A stretch of 64,000 bases of DNA, taken from assembly GCF_016903815.1 (NCBI RefSeq), contig NZ_CP069973.1; one strand, written 5' to 3'. Numbering within the stretch: the stretch's first letter is position 1; every line of letters begins with the position of its first letter. Shown here piece by piece: positions 1-10,465 of the stretch. The DNA is from Escherichia coli (GTDB taxonomy: Bacteria > Pseudomonadota > Gammaproteobacteria > Enterobacterales > Enterobacteriaceae). A model generated the notes under the pieces. That model ran no database searches. It was given only the letters and a program-made list of their open reading frames with translations, and had not been told where the DNA came from. A program made the position numbers and the translations under genes.

Positions 1-2
1 GC

Positions 3-641
3 ACTCGCACCTTTTCGCTGGGCCTGGCGGGGAGCTTTGCCGGACGTATTGGCAGTGGTATGTTGCCCTTTATGACGCCGGTTTTCCTGCAAATTGGCCT
101 TGGCTTCTCACCGTTTCATGCCGGACTGATGATGATCCCGATGGTGCTTGGCAGCATGGGGATGAAGCGGATTGTTGTACAGGTGGTGAATCGCTTTGGT
201 TATCGTCGGGTACTGATAGCGACCACGCTGGGTCTGTCGCTGGTCACCCTGTTGTTTATGACTACCGCTCTGTTGGGCTGGTACTACGTTTTGCCGTTCG
301 TCCTGTTTTTACAAGGGATGGTCAACTCGACCCGTTTCTCCTCCATGAACACCCTGACGCTGAAAGATCTCCCGGACAATCTGGCGAGCAGCGGCAATAG
401 TCTGCTGTCGATGATTATGCAATTGTCGATGAGTATCGGCGTCACCATCGCCGGGCTGTTGCTGGGACTTTTTGGTTCGCAGCATGTCAGCGTCGACAGC
501 GGCACCACACAAACCGTCTTTATGTACACCTGGCTTAGCATGGCGTTTATCATCGCCCTTCCGGCGTTCATCTTTGCCAGAGTGCCGAACGATACGCATC
601 AAAATGTAGCTATTTCGCGGCGAAAAAGGAGCGCGCAATGA
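3..641 (+). CDS. mdtD: MFS transporter MdtD, C-terminal part (5' end outside window)
   Basis: Open frame from window edge; hydrophobic multi-TM translation; 4-nt overlap with downstream baeS as in the mdtABCD-baeSR operon. Confidence 0.8.
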   Translation, partial: TRTFSLGLAGSFAGRIGSGMLPFMTPVFLQIGLGFSPFHAGLMMIPMVLGSMGMKRIVVQVVNRFGYRRVLIATTLGLSLVTLLFMTTALLGWYYVLPFVLFLQGMVNSTRFSSMNTLTLKDLPDNLASSGNSLLSMIMQLSMSIGVTIAGLLLGLFGSQHVSVDSGTTQTVFMYTWLSMAFIIALPAFIFARVPNDTHQNVAISRRKRSAQ

Positions 642-2041
642 AGTTCTGGCGACCCGGTATTACCGGCAAACTGTTTCTGGCGATTTTCGCCACCTGCATT
701 GTCTTGCTGATCAGTATGCACTGGGCGGTGCGTATCAGTTTTGAGCGTGGCTTTATTGATTACATCAAGCATGGTAATGAACAGCGATTACAACTGTTAA
801 GTGATGCGCTTGGCGAGCAGTATGCGCAGCATGGCAACTGGCGCTTCCTGCGCAACAATGATCGCTTTGTCTTTCAGATCTTGCGTTCATTTGAACACGA
901 TAATTCGGAAGATAAACCCGGCCCGGGTATGCCGCCGCACGGCTGGCGTACCCAGTTCTGGGTGGTCGATCAAAACAACAAAGTGCTGGTTGGTCCGCGA
1001 GCGCCGATTCCACCTGACGGTACACGGCGACCCATTCTGGTCAACGGTGCGGAAGTGGGTGCGGTGATTGCCTCCCCTGTTGAGCGACTGACCCGCAATA
1101 CTGATATCAATTTCGATAAACAACAGCGGCAAACCAGCTGGCTGATTGTTGCTCTGGCAACGTTACTCGCGGCACTCGCTACCTTTCTGCTGGCGCGTGG
1201 TTTGCTGGCACCGGTAAAACGGCTGGTGGACGGCACGCACAAACTGGCGGCGGGCGATTTCACTACCCGCGTAACGCCCACCAGTGAAGATGAACTGGGC
1301 AAACTGGCGCAAGACTTCAACCAGCTTGCCAGCACGCTGGAGAAAAACCAGCAAATGCGGCGCGATTTTATGGCCGATATTTCTCACGAACTGCGTACGC
1401 CATTAGCGGTGCTGCGCGGTGAACTGGAAGCCATTCAGGATGGCGTGCGTAAATTCACGCCGGAGACGGTGGCGTCTTTACAGGCGGAGGTCGGTACACT
1501 GACCAAACTGGTTGACGATCTCCATCAGTTGTCGATGTCTGATGAAGGCGCTCTCGCCTATCAAAAAGCACCGGTAGATTTGATCCCACTGCTGGAAGTG
1601 GCGGGCGGCGCATTTCGCGAACGATTCGCCAGCCGTGGCCTGAAACTGCAATTTTCCCTGCCAGACAGTATTACCGTATTTGGCGATCGCGACCGTTTAA
1701 TGCAGTTATTCAATAACTTACTGGAAAACAGCCTGCGCTACACTGACAGCGGCGGTAGCCTGAAAATCTCTGCCGGGCAGCACGACAAAACGGTGCGACT
1801 GACCTTTGCCGACAGCGCGCCGGGCGTCAGTGACGATCAGCTACAAAAATTGTTTGAACGTTTTTATCGCACCGAAGGTTCCCGCAACCGAGCCAGCGGC
1901 GGTTCCGGGCTGGGGCTGGCGATTTGCCTGAACATTGTTGAAGCACATAATGGTCGCATTATTGCTGCCCATTCGCCTTTTGGCGGGGTAAGCATTACAG
2001 TAGAGTTACCGCTGGAACGGGATTTACAGAGAGAAGTATGA
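638..2041 (+). CDS. baeS: Envelope-stress sensor histidine kinase BaeS
   Basis: 467 aa; N-terminal TM segments, HAMP-like region, H-box (ISHELRTPL) and HATPase motifs (GGSGLGLAI). Confidence 0.9.
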
Positions 2042-2760
2042 CCGAGTTACCAATCGACGAAAACACACCGCGTATTTTGATCGTGGAAGATGAACCGAAG
2101 CTGGGACAGTTGCTCATTGATTATCTGCGTGCTGCGAGCTATGCGCCGACGCTTATCAGCCACGGCGATCAGGTACTGCCGTATGTGCGCCAGACACCAC
2201 CGGATCTGATCCTGTTGGATCTGATGCTCCCTGGCACCGATGGCTTGACGCTGTGCCGGGAAATTCGTCGTTTTTCTGACATTCCTATCGTGATGGTGAC
2301 GGCAAAAATAGAAGAGATCGACCGCCTGCTCGGACTGGAGATTGGCGCAGATGATTATATCTGTAAGCCGTACAGCCCACGGGAAGTGGTAGCGCGCGTC
2401 AAAACCATTTTGCGCCGTTGCAAACCGCAGCGTGAGTTGCAGCAACAGGATGCTGAAAGCCCGTTGATTATCGACGAAGGTCGTTTTCAGGCTTCATGGC
2501 GCGGTAAAATGCTTGACCTGACGCCTGCGGAATTTCGTCTGCTGAAAACGCTCTCTCATGAACCAGGAAAAGTGTTCTCCCGCGAGCAATTGCTCAATCA
2601 TCTTTATGACGACTACCGCGTAGTAACCGACCGCACCATCGACAGCCACATTAAAAACCTGCGCCGCAAGCTGGAATCTCTCGACGCCGAACAGTCCTTT
2701 ATCCGTGCCGTTTACGGCGTCGGTTACCGCTGGGAAGCCGACGCCTGCCGCATCGTTTAA
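2038..2760 (+). CDS. baeR: Response regulator BaeR (OmpR family)
   Basis: 240 aa; receiver domain ([17 protein letters not shown]) plus winged-helix C-terminus; translationally coupled to baeS. Confidence 0.9.
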
Positions 2761-2939
2761 CATTTTTACCTGCCGGAGAAGGCATTCACGCCGCATCCGG
2801 CAACATAATCCCACGCATGGTCAGCAAACTGACATTATCTCTCCGCCCTGGCAGGCACCAGAAAATCGCTCATACTTTAATCGGTAAACAGTCCTTTTAG
2901 ATGCTGTTTTCGATACGCAATTTCAATCAAGGAGTCATT

Positions 2940-3272
2940 ATGGCTGGTTGGTTTGAACTCAGTAAAAGCAGTGATAATCAATTTCGGTTTGTGCTAAAAG
3001 CGGGCAATGGTGAGACTATCCTTACCAGCGAGCTGTATACCTCAAAAGCCTCTGCGGAAAAGGGCATCGCGTCGGTGCGTAGCAACAGCCCGCAAGAAGA
3101 ACGCTATGAGAAAAAAACGGCAAGCAACGGCAAATTCTATTTCAATCTGAAAGCCGCTAATCATCAAATTATCGGCTCCAGCCAGATGTACGCCACCGCG
3201 CAATCTCGTGAAACCGGAATTGCCTCCGTTAAAGCCAATGGCACAAGCCAGACGGTGAAAGACAATACGTAA
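2940..3272 (+). CDS. yegP: UPF0339 family protein YegP
   Basis: Start chosen at MAGWFELSK with GGAG RBS; two tandem repeats in the protein; expected position after baeR. Confidence 0.8.
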   Translation: MAGWFELSKSSDNQFRFVLKAGNGETILTSELYTSKASAEKGIASVRSNSPQEERYEKKTASNGKFYFNLKAANHQIIGSSQMYATAQSRETGIASVKANGTSQTVKDNT

Positions 3273-3419
3273 TTACGATGCCGGGCGTGGGTTGTTGGCG
3301 TCCGGCGCTTTACCAGCTCCCCCCTACAGCGCTACAATGCCCGCCCTTAAAGTGGGGGCACTCCCCTGGCCGCTTCATCAGGTGAAGCGGATCTGACCTG
3401 TCATCAGAACGAGAGAATT

Positions 3420-4781
3420 ATGTTTAAACCGGAACTCCTTTCCCCGGCGGGAACGCTGAAAAATATGCGTTACGCTTTCGCTTATGGCGCAGATGCTGTT
3501 TATGCGGGCCAGCCGCGTTACTCCCTGCGTGTGCGCAACAACGAATTTAACCACGAAAATCTTCAGCTCGGCATCAATGAAGCCCACGCGCTGGGGAAAA
3601 AGTTTTATGTCGTGGTCAACATTGCACCGCACAACGCCAAGCTGAAAACCTTTATCCGTGACCTGAAACCGGTGGTGGAAATGGGGCCGGATGCGCTGAT
3701 TATGTCTGATCCAGGGCTGATTATGCTGGTGCGCGAGCACTTCCCTGAAATGCCGATCCATCTCTCAGTACAGGCTAACGCCGTGAACTGGGCGACGGTG
3801 AAATTCTGGCAGCAAATGGGTCTGACCCGCGTGATCCTCTCTCGCGAACTGTCACTGGAAGAGATTGAAGAGATCCGCAATCAGGTGCCAGATATGGAGA
3901 TCGAAATCTTCGTTCACGGCGCGCTGTGCATGGCCTACTCCGGTCGCTGCCTGCTCTCTGGCTATATCAACAAGCGCGACCCGAACCAGGGCACCTGCAC
4001 CAACGCCTGCCGCTGGGAGTATAACGTCCAGGAAGGGAAAGAAGATGACGTCGGCAACATCGTACACAAGTACGAACCGATTCCGGTGCAAAACGTTGAA
4101 CCGACGCTGGGGATCGGCGCACCAACCGACAAAGTGTTTATGATCGAAGAAGCCCAGCGTCCGGGCGAGTATATGACCGCGTTTGAAGATGAGCACGGCA
4201 CTTACATCATGAACTCGAAAGATCTGCGCGCCATCGCCCATGTTGAACGCCTGACCAAAATGGGCGTGCATTCGCTGAAAATCGAAGGCCGTACCAAATC
4301 TTTCTACTATTGCGCACGCACCGCGCAGGTTTACCGTAAAGCTATCGATGACGCAGCTGCGGGAAAACCATTCGATACCAGCCTGCTGGAAACCCTGGAA
4401 GGTCTGGCGCATCGTGGCTATACCGAAGGTTTCCTGCGTCGTCATACTCACGACGATTATCAGAACTACGAATACGGTTATTCAGTTTCTGACCGCCAGC
4501 AGTTTGTTGGTGAGTTTACCAGTGAGCGCAAGGGCGACCTCGCGGCGGTAGCGGTGAAAAATAAATTCTCCGTTGGCGACAGCCTTGAGCTGATGACGCC
4601 GCAAGGGAACATTAACTTTACCCTTGAGCACATGGAAAACGCCAAAGGCGAAGCAATGCCGGTCGCACCGGGCGATGGTTATACTGTGTGGATCCCGGTG
4701 CCGCAGGATCTTGAGCTAAATTACGCGCTGCTGATGCGTAATTTCTCCGGGGAAACCACGCGTAACCCCCACGGTAAGTGA
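3420..4781 (+). CDS. yegQ: Peptidase U32 family protein YegQ (tRNA hydroxylation, TrhP)
   Basis: 453 aa; U32-family features incl. conserved Cys-rich segment; synteny. Confidence 0.85.
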   Translation: MFKPELLSPAGTLKNMRYAFAYGADAVYAGQPRYSLRVRNNEFNHENLQLGINEAHALGKKFYVVVNIAPHNAKLKTFIRDLKPVVEMGPDALIMSDPGLIMLVREHFPEMPIHLSVQANAVNWATVKFWQQMGLTRVILSRELSLEEIEEIRNQVPDMEIEIFVHGALCMAYSGRCLLSGYINKRDPNQGTCTNACRWEYNVQEGKEDDVGNIVHKYEPIPVQNVEPTLGIGAPTDKVFMIEEAQRPGEYMTAFEDEHGTYIMNSKDLRAIAHVERLTKMGVHSLKIEGRTKSFYYCARTAQVYRKAIDDAAAGKPFDTSLLETLEGLAHRGYTEGFLRRHTHDDYQNYEYGYSVSDRQQFVGEFTSERKGDLAAVAVKNKFSVGDSLELMTPQGNINFTLEHMENAKGEAMPVAPGDGYTVWIPVPQDLELNYALLMRNFSGETTRNPHGK

Positions 4782-4865
4782 TTAATTTCGATTATTTTTC
4801 CCGGATGGAAAATTCTTAGAAACCGATCACATACAGCTGCATTTATTAAGGTTATCATCTGTTTC

Positions 4866-4952
4866 GCTGAAAAACATAACCCATAAAATGCTAGCTGTAC
4901 CAGGAACCACCTCCTTAGCCTGTGTAATCTCCCTTACACGGGCTTATTTTTT
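4866..4952 (+). ncRNA. cyaR: CyaR (RyeE) Hfq-dependent sRNA; 3' terminator overlaps the prophage att core
   Basis: Sequence gctgaaaaacataacccataaaatgctagctgtaccaggaaccacctccttagcctgtgtaatctcccttacacgggcttatttttt recognised from memory as CyaR; ends in hairpin plus T-run. Confidence 0.8.
4926..4952. repeat. Prophage attachment-site core, left copy (aatctcccttacacgggcttatttttt)
   Basis: Exact 27-bp repeat also at 38117..38143. Confidence 0.8.
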
Positions 4953-5022
4953 ACGCGTAACACAATGAAATAAAAGGATTTATTTCTGGTCACGTCCACA
5001 CATTGACCACATCGACAAAAAA

Positions 5023-5042
5023 GCCCCTCGACTGAGGGGCTT
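5023..5042 (-). terminator. Rho-independent terminator downstream of ogr
   Basis: GC hairpin gcccctcgactgaggggc followed by a U-run on the minus strand. Confidence 0.6.
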
Positions 5043-5053
5043 CCTGTTTGTAA

Positions 5054-5272
5054 TTACATCCACATAATTTGCTGCCCTGACGGCAACGGGTGCGGTCTTA
5101 CGGCGTGGACTTCTCCCGGCTTCACGATGTATCGCTGTACCGACTCATAAGTGATGAATGTGGCGCTGCAATTCACGTTCTGACACTGGTGATAACGCTC
5201 TTTTGTCGTGTCAGTGATATAGCGGCTTGTACGCGCATGTGCGGCATGCTGGCATAAAGGACAATGAAACAT
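5054..5272 (-). CDS. ogr: Late-gene transcriptional activator Ogr (zinc finger)
   Basis: MFHCPLCQHAAHARTSRYITDTTKERYHQCQNVNC...: Cys4 zinc-finger typical of P2 Ogr / P4 Delta; start chosen at internal Met for ~72 aa. Confidence 0.85.
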   Translation of the reverse strand: MFHCPLCQHAAHARTSRYITDTTKERYHQCQNVNCSATFITYESVQRYIVKPGEVHAVRPHPLPSGQQIMWM

Positions 5273-5353
5273 CGCGAGCACCTCTTCCGGTTTTGTTGAT
5301 GGTGCCATTTTAGTTAATTTATCCTTATAAAACAAACAGATAAATAAATTACA

Positions 5354-6517
5354 TCACTCATCATCTTCTGTTTCGTACTCCACATCAGAAAGCCTGACCT
5401 CAAGCTCTAAGGACGTCGTGAAGCCGCTATTATTCAGAAAATGTGTCACCTTAGTGATTGTCCAGTCCTGCTCGTCTATGACGCGCTTAAAGCCTGATAC
5501 TTTAACCGGTGTTTCCGTGTAAATATCAGCACGACCGGTAGCCAGGCTGATGGAGAACTCCGCAACGCCCCGTTGCAGTTTATCCCACTTCGCCTGAGCG
5601 GCACGCATGGCCTGTGCTTTCGTGGCATATACCGTGGTCAGGGCAAAAACGTTGTCAGCCTCACCGGCCATGTATTCACCTTCGCGCGCTTCCGGTACTT
5701 TTGGCGCTTTCTTCTGCCTGACCGGTTTTGCTTTCGGGTGCTCCAGTGCGCGCAGGTGTTTTTCTTTCTTTTTGCGTTTCAGTTTTACCTTCTGCTTTTG
5801 CGGCTTCGGGTCTTTGGTGTGTAACCACTTTGCCGTTACGCCGGTATAGGCTCCACGGTCAGCAATCGCAAAATGATGGCGGTCGCCGTCGCTGCGGGTG
5901 ATGGTAATCTGCGGGATTTTTTTACCGCTGGCCGTCACCCCCTGCCCCGCTTTGAGAAACAGCAGTTTTCCCATTTTTACCGACACCTCACCGCCGTTGC
6001 GTTCTGCAAGACGGGTCAGGAATTTCGCATCAGACTCCTGCGACTGGTCGATGTGCGGGATTTTAATTCCGGCCAGTGACGGAGCGACACTGGCTTCCAG
6101 CCTGTTACGGGAGGCTATCGCCTCAACAATCGCACCGAGCGTGGTGTCATGCCAGGAGCCTTCCCGGCGGGAATTGAGCGTCCCGCGGAAATCTGCACTC
6201 CGGGCGCGGATGGTGACCACATCCGGCGCGCCCCGGTGTTCAACCTCATCAACGGTGAATTTCCCTTTGCATACCAGGGCAAAACCTTTCCAGCCGATAT
6301 ACACCGTCAGGACAGCGCCACGAACCGGCAGCCCGACCTGCCCGTCGGCATCGTTCAGTTCAATATCAAGCTGGTCAGCTTCAAAGCCCCGGTTATCCGT
6401 CAGAGTCATGCTCATCAGACGGTCGCTGATATTGCCGGTAATATCCCTGCTGTCGAGCATCAGCATGTAATCCGGCGTCAGCGTACTGCCTGCATCAAAT
6501 GTCAGCGCATCCAGCAT
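5354..6517 (-). CDS. D: Tail protein gpD
   Basis: 387 aa; size and position match P2 D; lysine-rich central linker. Confidence 0.85.
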   Translation of the reverse strand: MLDALTFDAGSTLTPDYMLMLDSRDITGNISDRLMSMTLTDNRGFEADQLDIELNDADGQVGLPVRGAVLTVYIGWKGFALVCKGKFTVDEVEHRGAPDVVTIRARSADFRGTLNSRREGSWHDTTLGAIVEAIASRNRLEASVAPSLAGIKIPHIDQSQESDAKFLTRLAERNGGEVSVKMGKLLFLKAGQGVTASGKKIPQITITRSDGDRHHFAIADRGAYTGVTAKWLHTKDPKPQKQKVKLKRKKKEKHLRALEHPKAKPVRQKKAPKVPEAREGEYMAGEADNVFALTTVYATKAQAMRAAQAKWDKLQRGVAEFSISLATGRADIYTETPVKVSGFKRVIDEQDWTITKVTHFLNNSGFTTSLELEVRLSDVEYETEDDE

Positions 6518-6996
6518 TATCCCGCCCCCATCATACCTGTGAATCTGGTCGCCAGACTGCCGGCCTTACCGATGAGCGACTCCGCCTGTTTACCGATATC
6601 GCCATAAAGCGCGGCCAGTGATTCATCAACGCGGGTGAGCGACAGCGTAAAATCAATTTTCCGGGGTGTGCCGTCTGCAAAGAAAATACTCCCTGTTTCA
6701 CTCACCTTGCTGATGACATACATACCGTAAATCATGCCGGTGCCATCCAGCAACGGCCACGCCCGGCCTTCCTCTGCCATCAGTCTGAGCGTGGTCATCG
6801 TCAGCTTGCCGCCGGTCAGTTCGGGATAAAGCACACCGGCAAGCGTGATGTTTTCCTCGCCCACACCGAGAAACTGAAAGGCATCCCGTTTACCGATACG
6901 GGAATTTGACGGCCAGCGATAATCTGATTCACGCTGCATGGTCTGGTGTGGCAGCGTCTGGCGCATAAAAACAAACATACCTAACGCGAGCATCAT
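6517..6996 (-). CDS. U: Tail protein gpU
   Basis: 159 aa; position between T and D. Confidence 0.85.
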   Translation of the reverse strand: MMLALGMFVFMRQTLPHQTMQRESDYRWPSNSRIGKRDAFQFLGVGEENITLAGVLYPELTGGKLTMTTLRLMAEEGRAWPLLDGTGMIYGMYVISKVSETGSIFFADGTPRKIDFTLSLTRVDESLAALYGDIGKQAESLIGKAGSLATRFTGMMGAG

Positions 6997-7010
6997 TTTT
7001 CGTCACCTCC

Positions 7011-9458
7011 TTAACCGTCATGCATCATGCTGGCACGGGCGCGCGCACGTTTATCCCGCTCGTATTTTTCGAGCGCATCCTGTAACTGGCGGTCGAGCTG
7101 AGTCCCCGGCGCAGTACCGCCCGTCAGACTGATGTGATATTCGTTTTTACTCTGGTCCACATAAGAGCGGCCAGCCGGTGCCGTAACCGGCTGATAAGCC
7201 TGATAGCCTGCATAAGAGCTGGTCGCCGGAATATAACCACCGGTGCCATACGTGGCGGCATGAGTTCTGGCGGCGGTCTGGTCAAGCGTGCCTGACTCTT
7301 TGTTGATAACACCGAGTTTTTCCAGTACCCAGTCAATACCGCTGCGCAGTTTGTTGAACGCATTAAGCGGCAGCATCAACGCGTCAGCCAGTGCCTGCCC
7401 GAACATGACGCCCGTATCACGGCAACGGTTCAGGGTGTCCCGGGTGGCTTTGACCGGGGCAATCAGGTTTTTAAACCACTGCCACGCGGCCTGTAACTTT
7501 TCGCCCAGCCAGTCAAACACCGGCTTAAGTGGCGTGAACAGTTCCCCCACCGGCGCAAATGCCGCTTTCAGCCCTTCAACCACACCGCCAAAGAATGCGC
7601 TGACAGGCTCCCAGTATTTACGGATAAGTAACGCCCCGGCGACAATGGCGGCCACCACGGCCACAACCGGCCAGCTAATCGCCCCGATGGCCGTCATAAC
7701 AGCACTGCCAACCGTCGTGAAGATTGCTCCCATTGCGCCTGCTGCCGCGATGATGGCATTGATGCCGGTGATAACCGGCCAGGCTACGAGGCCAATGGCA
7801 CCGATGACACCAATCAGTGCCAGTGCACCACCGACAATGATGCCGATGGTTAACGCCAGTGATTTGTTTTTCTGTATCCAGCCGTCGAGTTTTAACACAT
7901 ACTTTGTGGCCGTCTGCGTGAGCTTACGCAGTGCGCCTTCCTGCTGGTCAAACAGGTCAGTCCCCACCGCCTCATAAGCGGACTGAAACTCCTTAAAGTC
8001 ACCGCCGAGGTTGTCCTGCATGATATTTACCAGCTCGGCGGTCTTCCCGTCTGAGGCTTTAAACGCAGCGGTCAGTTTGTCCAGCTTTCCAGTTGAGGCG
8101 GCAGTCATCAGCACGGCGGCGGCTGAGCTGGCCTCCTCCCCGAAAATAGTTTTCATGTATTCAGCCTGCTGGGCAGTACCGAGCCGGTTTTTCTCAAAAC
8201 TGGCCTGCATTTCTTTCAGAATGGTAAATACTGGTCGAGTATTCCCTTTACTGTCTGAGGTTTTCACGCCAAGCTCTTTCAGTGCATCCCATGCTTTTCC
8301 CGTCGGTGCCTGCAGGCGGCTTAACACGGCACGGCTTCCCGTCCCCGCCATTGAACCGGTAATTTTTGCATCATGCAGCGCCCCGACCATTGCGGCGGTT
8401 TCTTCAATGCTGACACCAGCATTTTTTGCCACAGGTGCGGCATAGGTCAGCGCATCGCTCATGCCATCAAAATCGGCGGCGGTTTTGTTCATCGTCATGG
8501 AGAGAACATCCCCGATATGAGCGACCTTATCGTTTGAAAGCTGAAAGGCGGATTTCATCCCCATCAGCAGGGCGGCGTTTTCTTCCATCGTGCGACGGTT
8601 CGCCAGCGCCATATTCAGCGTGACCGGCGTTGCCGCCTGAATGGCATCAACATCCCCACCGGCTTTCGCAATAATAATCTGCGCACCGGCTGCATCATCT
8701 GCCGAGGCTGCGGTATTGTTGCCGAGCTGGCGCGCCTGCTTGCGTAGTGCAGCCATTTCGGCGGAGTCTTTTGCCACACCGAGCACAGCCTGCAATTCTG
8801 AGTTTTTCTGCGCAAACTCATAACCGGGCATCAGCAACTTAACTCCGGCCATCGTTCCCGCAGCAGCAATCCCCACACCGGCAGCGCCCACCGAGGCCAT
8901 ATTTCCGGCCAGTTCCTTTCCGGCCTGATAACGCTGTTTTACTGCGTTAAGTTTTGCCTGTTGTGCACTGACACGCGCCAGCGCGTCACGCTGACGGTTA
9001 AGCTGTGCGGTGGTTTCACTGATACGGTTTTTCAGTCCCTGCTCATCATGTGCAAGATTGCGGGTATTAATTCCCACAGCGGCCAGTTCCCGCTGCTGGC
9101 GTTTAATGGAATCTGTCAGGCGGTTATATTTCGCCTGTAAGTCCTCCGCCGCACGCTTTGCGGATTCCAGCACTTTCGCCTGAGCACGGGTCGGACGTTC
9201 GGTATTTTTAAACTGTGTGGCAAGGGCTTCGGCCTCCTGCCGAGCCTTTTCAAGTGCATGACCAGTCACGGCGAGCTGTGCACTGGTCTTGCGGAATCCC
9301 TCAATACGGGATGCCTGACCGTTCAGCTCGCGCAGTGATTTTTGTGTTTCCCGGATATCCCCCGACAGCGATTTGCTCGCTGTGCGGATGGATTTAAACG
9401 GGCGGGATGCCTGGTCAACAGCCCTGAGCAATACCTGTAATTTTACATTGTTACTCAT
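7011..9458 (-). CDS. T: Tail tape measure protein gpT
   Basis: 815 aa; long coiled-coil N-terminus, Gly/Ala-rich hydrophobic central region. Confidence 0.9.
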   Translation of the reverse strand: MSNNVKLQVLLRAVDQASRPFKSIRTASKSLSGDIRETQKSLRELNGQASRIEGFRKTSAQLAVTGHALEKARQEAEALATQFKNTERPTRAQAKVLESAKRAAEDLQAKYNRLTDSIKRQQRELAAVGINTRNLAHDEQGLKNRISETTAQLNRQRDALARVSAQQAKLNAVKQRYQAGKELAGNMASVGAAGVGIAAAGTMAGVKLLMPGYEFAQKNSELQAVLGVAKDSAEMAALRKQARQLGNNTAASADDAAGAQIIIAKAGGDVDAIQAATPVTLNMALANRRTMEENAALLMGMKSAFQLSNDKVAHIGDVLSMTMNKTAADFDGMSDALTYAAPVAKNAGVSIEETAAMVGALHDAKITGSMAGTGSRAVLSRLQAPTGKAWDALKELGVKTSDSKGNTRPVFTILKEMQASFEKNRLGTAQQAEYMKTIFGEEASSAAAVLMTAASTGKLDKLTAAFKASDGKTAELVNIMQDNLGGDFKEFQSAYEAVGTDLFDQQEGALRKLTQTATKYVLKLDGWIQKNKSLALTIGIIVGGALALIGVIGAIGLVAWPVITGINAIIAAAGAMGAIFTTVGSAVMTAIGAISWPVVAVVAAIVAGALLIRKYWEPVSAFFGGVVEGLKAAFAPVGELFTPLKPVFDWLGEKLQAAWQWFKNLIAPVKATRDTLNRCRDTGVMFGQALADALMLPLNAFNKLRSGIDWVLEKLGVINKESGTLDQTAARTHAATYGTGGYIPATSSYAGYQAYQPVTAPAGRSYVDQSKNEYHISLTGGTAPGTQLDRQLQDALEKYERDKRARARASMMHDG

Positions 9459-9878
9459 TCGTGTTTCCGCTTCGCCGGAGCGCCTTTTCGCGCCATGTGA
9501 TGAGTTCGGTCAGGCTCATGGGATACAGTTCTGATGGCGGCCAGTGAAATATCACTGCCACATCCGCCATCAGGTCATCGACCGACAGATTTTTTGGAAA
9601 CGTCACTGCACCGAGTTCGGCGACAAAAAACCGACCACCTTACCGGCCAGCGCCACAAGGTCAGGCAGTTCCAGCGCGGCGACTTCCTGCTCGGTCAGCA
9701 TCGGTGCCGTCATGCGCGGCAGCACCTTAATCAGTGCATCGACTTCAGAGTTCGCGACCGCTGCCAGACTGACACCGCGCAGCGTCCCGGCATTGGGTTT
9801 CATCAGCGTGACCTGTTCGATAACCTGCTCACCACGCTTGACCGGATTGTCCAGGGTAATCACATTTTCTTTGTTCAT
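9451..9878 (-). CDS. Tail assembly chaperone E+E' (programmed -1 frameshift product)
   Basis: Slippery T_TTT_TTG on minus strand (plus coords 9624..9630) with E codons TTT/TTG in the zero frame; -1 frame traced by hand to a TAA at 9451..9453, overlapping the gpT start. Confidence 0.65.
9603..9878 (-). CDS. E: Tail assembly chaperone gpE
   Basis: 91 aa; position between FII and T; slippery heptamer near 3' end. Confidence 0.85.
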   Translation of the reverse strand: MNKENVITLDNPVKRGEQVIEQVTLMKPNAGTLRGVSLAAVANSEVDALIKVLPRMTAPMLTEQEVAALELPDLVALAGKVVGFLSPNSVQ

Positions 9879-9934
9879 GGTTTTCTCACTTCTGAATCGG
9901 GGTTAACCGGTCAGCCAGGCTGACCGGATGAAAA

Positions 9935-10453
9935 TCACAGGCCGATATTGCGGCGGTGTTGCTCCAGCCGGTCGACGCCGTTCACCTTCTCAATCATGTT
10001 GATGGTGTCGATTTCGACCAGCTCCTTACCGTCCATCGTCAGCCGGAAATAGGTGCAGACCACGGAGATTTTCGACTCGGTATCTTCTCCCTGTTTGCCC
10101 TCGCCGGTGTCGATTTCTTTCTGACGTCCACGCATGACCACCTCGACGGCCACCGTTTCGCCGGTATCGTCGCGCTGGTAAGAGCCTGCAAAACGAATCG
10201 GTACGGAATCCACACCGGTTGCGGCGTAAAGCTCCCAGATAACCGAATCCGGGAAGCCACCGAGCGACCACTCCATTGACAGCGCATCGTCATCAAGGCC
10301 GAGGTCTACCGGTGCGCTGCCGTTCATCCCCGCACCGCGATAGTTTTCGAGCTTACGGGTCAGTTTTGGTAGCGTGACGGACTTCGCGACGCCCTGATAG
10401 CTGTAGCCGTTCAGAAAGACGTTCATTAACTTGAGTTTGCGCGGCATTGCCAT
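9935..10453 (-). CDS. FII: Tail tube protein gpFII
   Basis: 172 aa; size and position. Confidence 0.85.
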   Translation of the reverse strand: MAMPRKLKLMNVFLNGYSYQGVAKSVTLPKLTRKLENYRGAGMNGSAPVDLGLDDDALSMEWSLGGFPDSVIWELYAATGVDSVPIRFAGSYQRDDTGETVAVEVVMRGRQKEIDTGEGKQGEDTESKISVVCTYFRLTMDGKELVEIDTINMIEKVNGVDRLEQHRRNIGL

Positions 10454-10465
10454 CGGTCAGGCTCC

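Noticed and set aside
284-1387. Several 60-120 aa ORFs antisense to or overlapping mdtD/baeS (e.g. 309..638 -, 765..1025 -, 970..1335 -)
   Set aside because: Entirely embedded in well-supported longer genes on the other strand or frame; typical spurious ORFs in GC-rich coding DNA.
3273-3419. GC-rich intergenic stretch between yegP and yegQ with partial palindromes, considered as possible sRNA or REP
   Set aside because: No convincing stem-loop plus U-tract or REP consensus by eye; left unannotated.
7288-8445. Long plus-strand ORFs (229 aa, 144 aa) inside the tape-measure gene
   Set aside because: Antisense to gpT; Ala/Ser/Thr/Pro-rich low-complexity translations typical of the reverse frame of a GC-rich gene.
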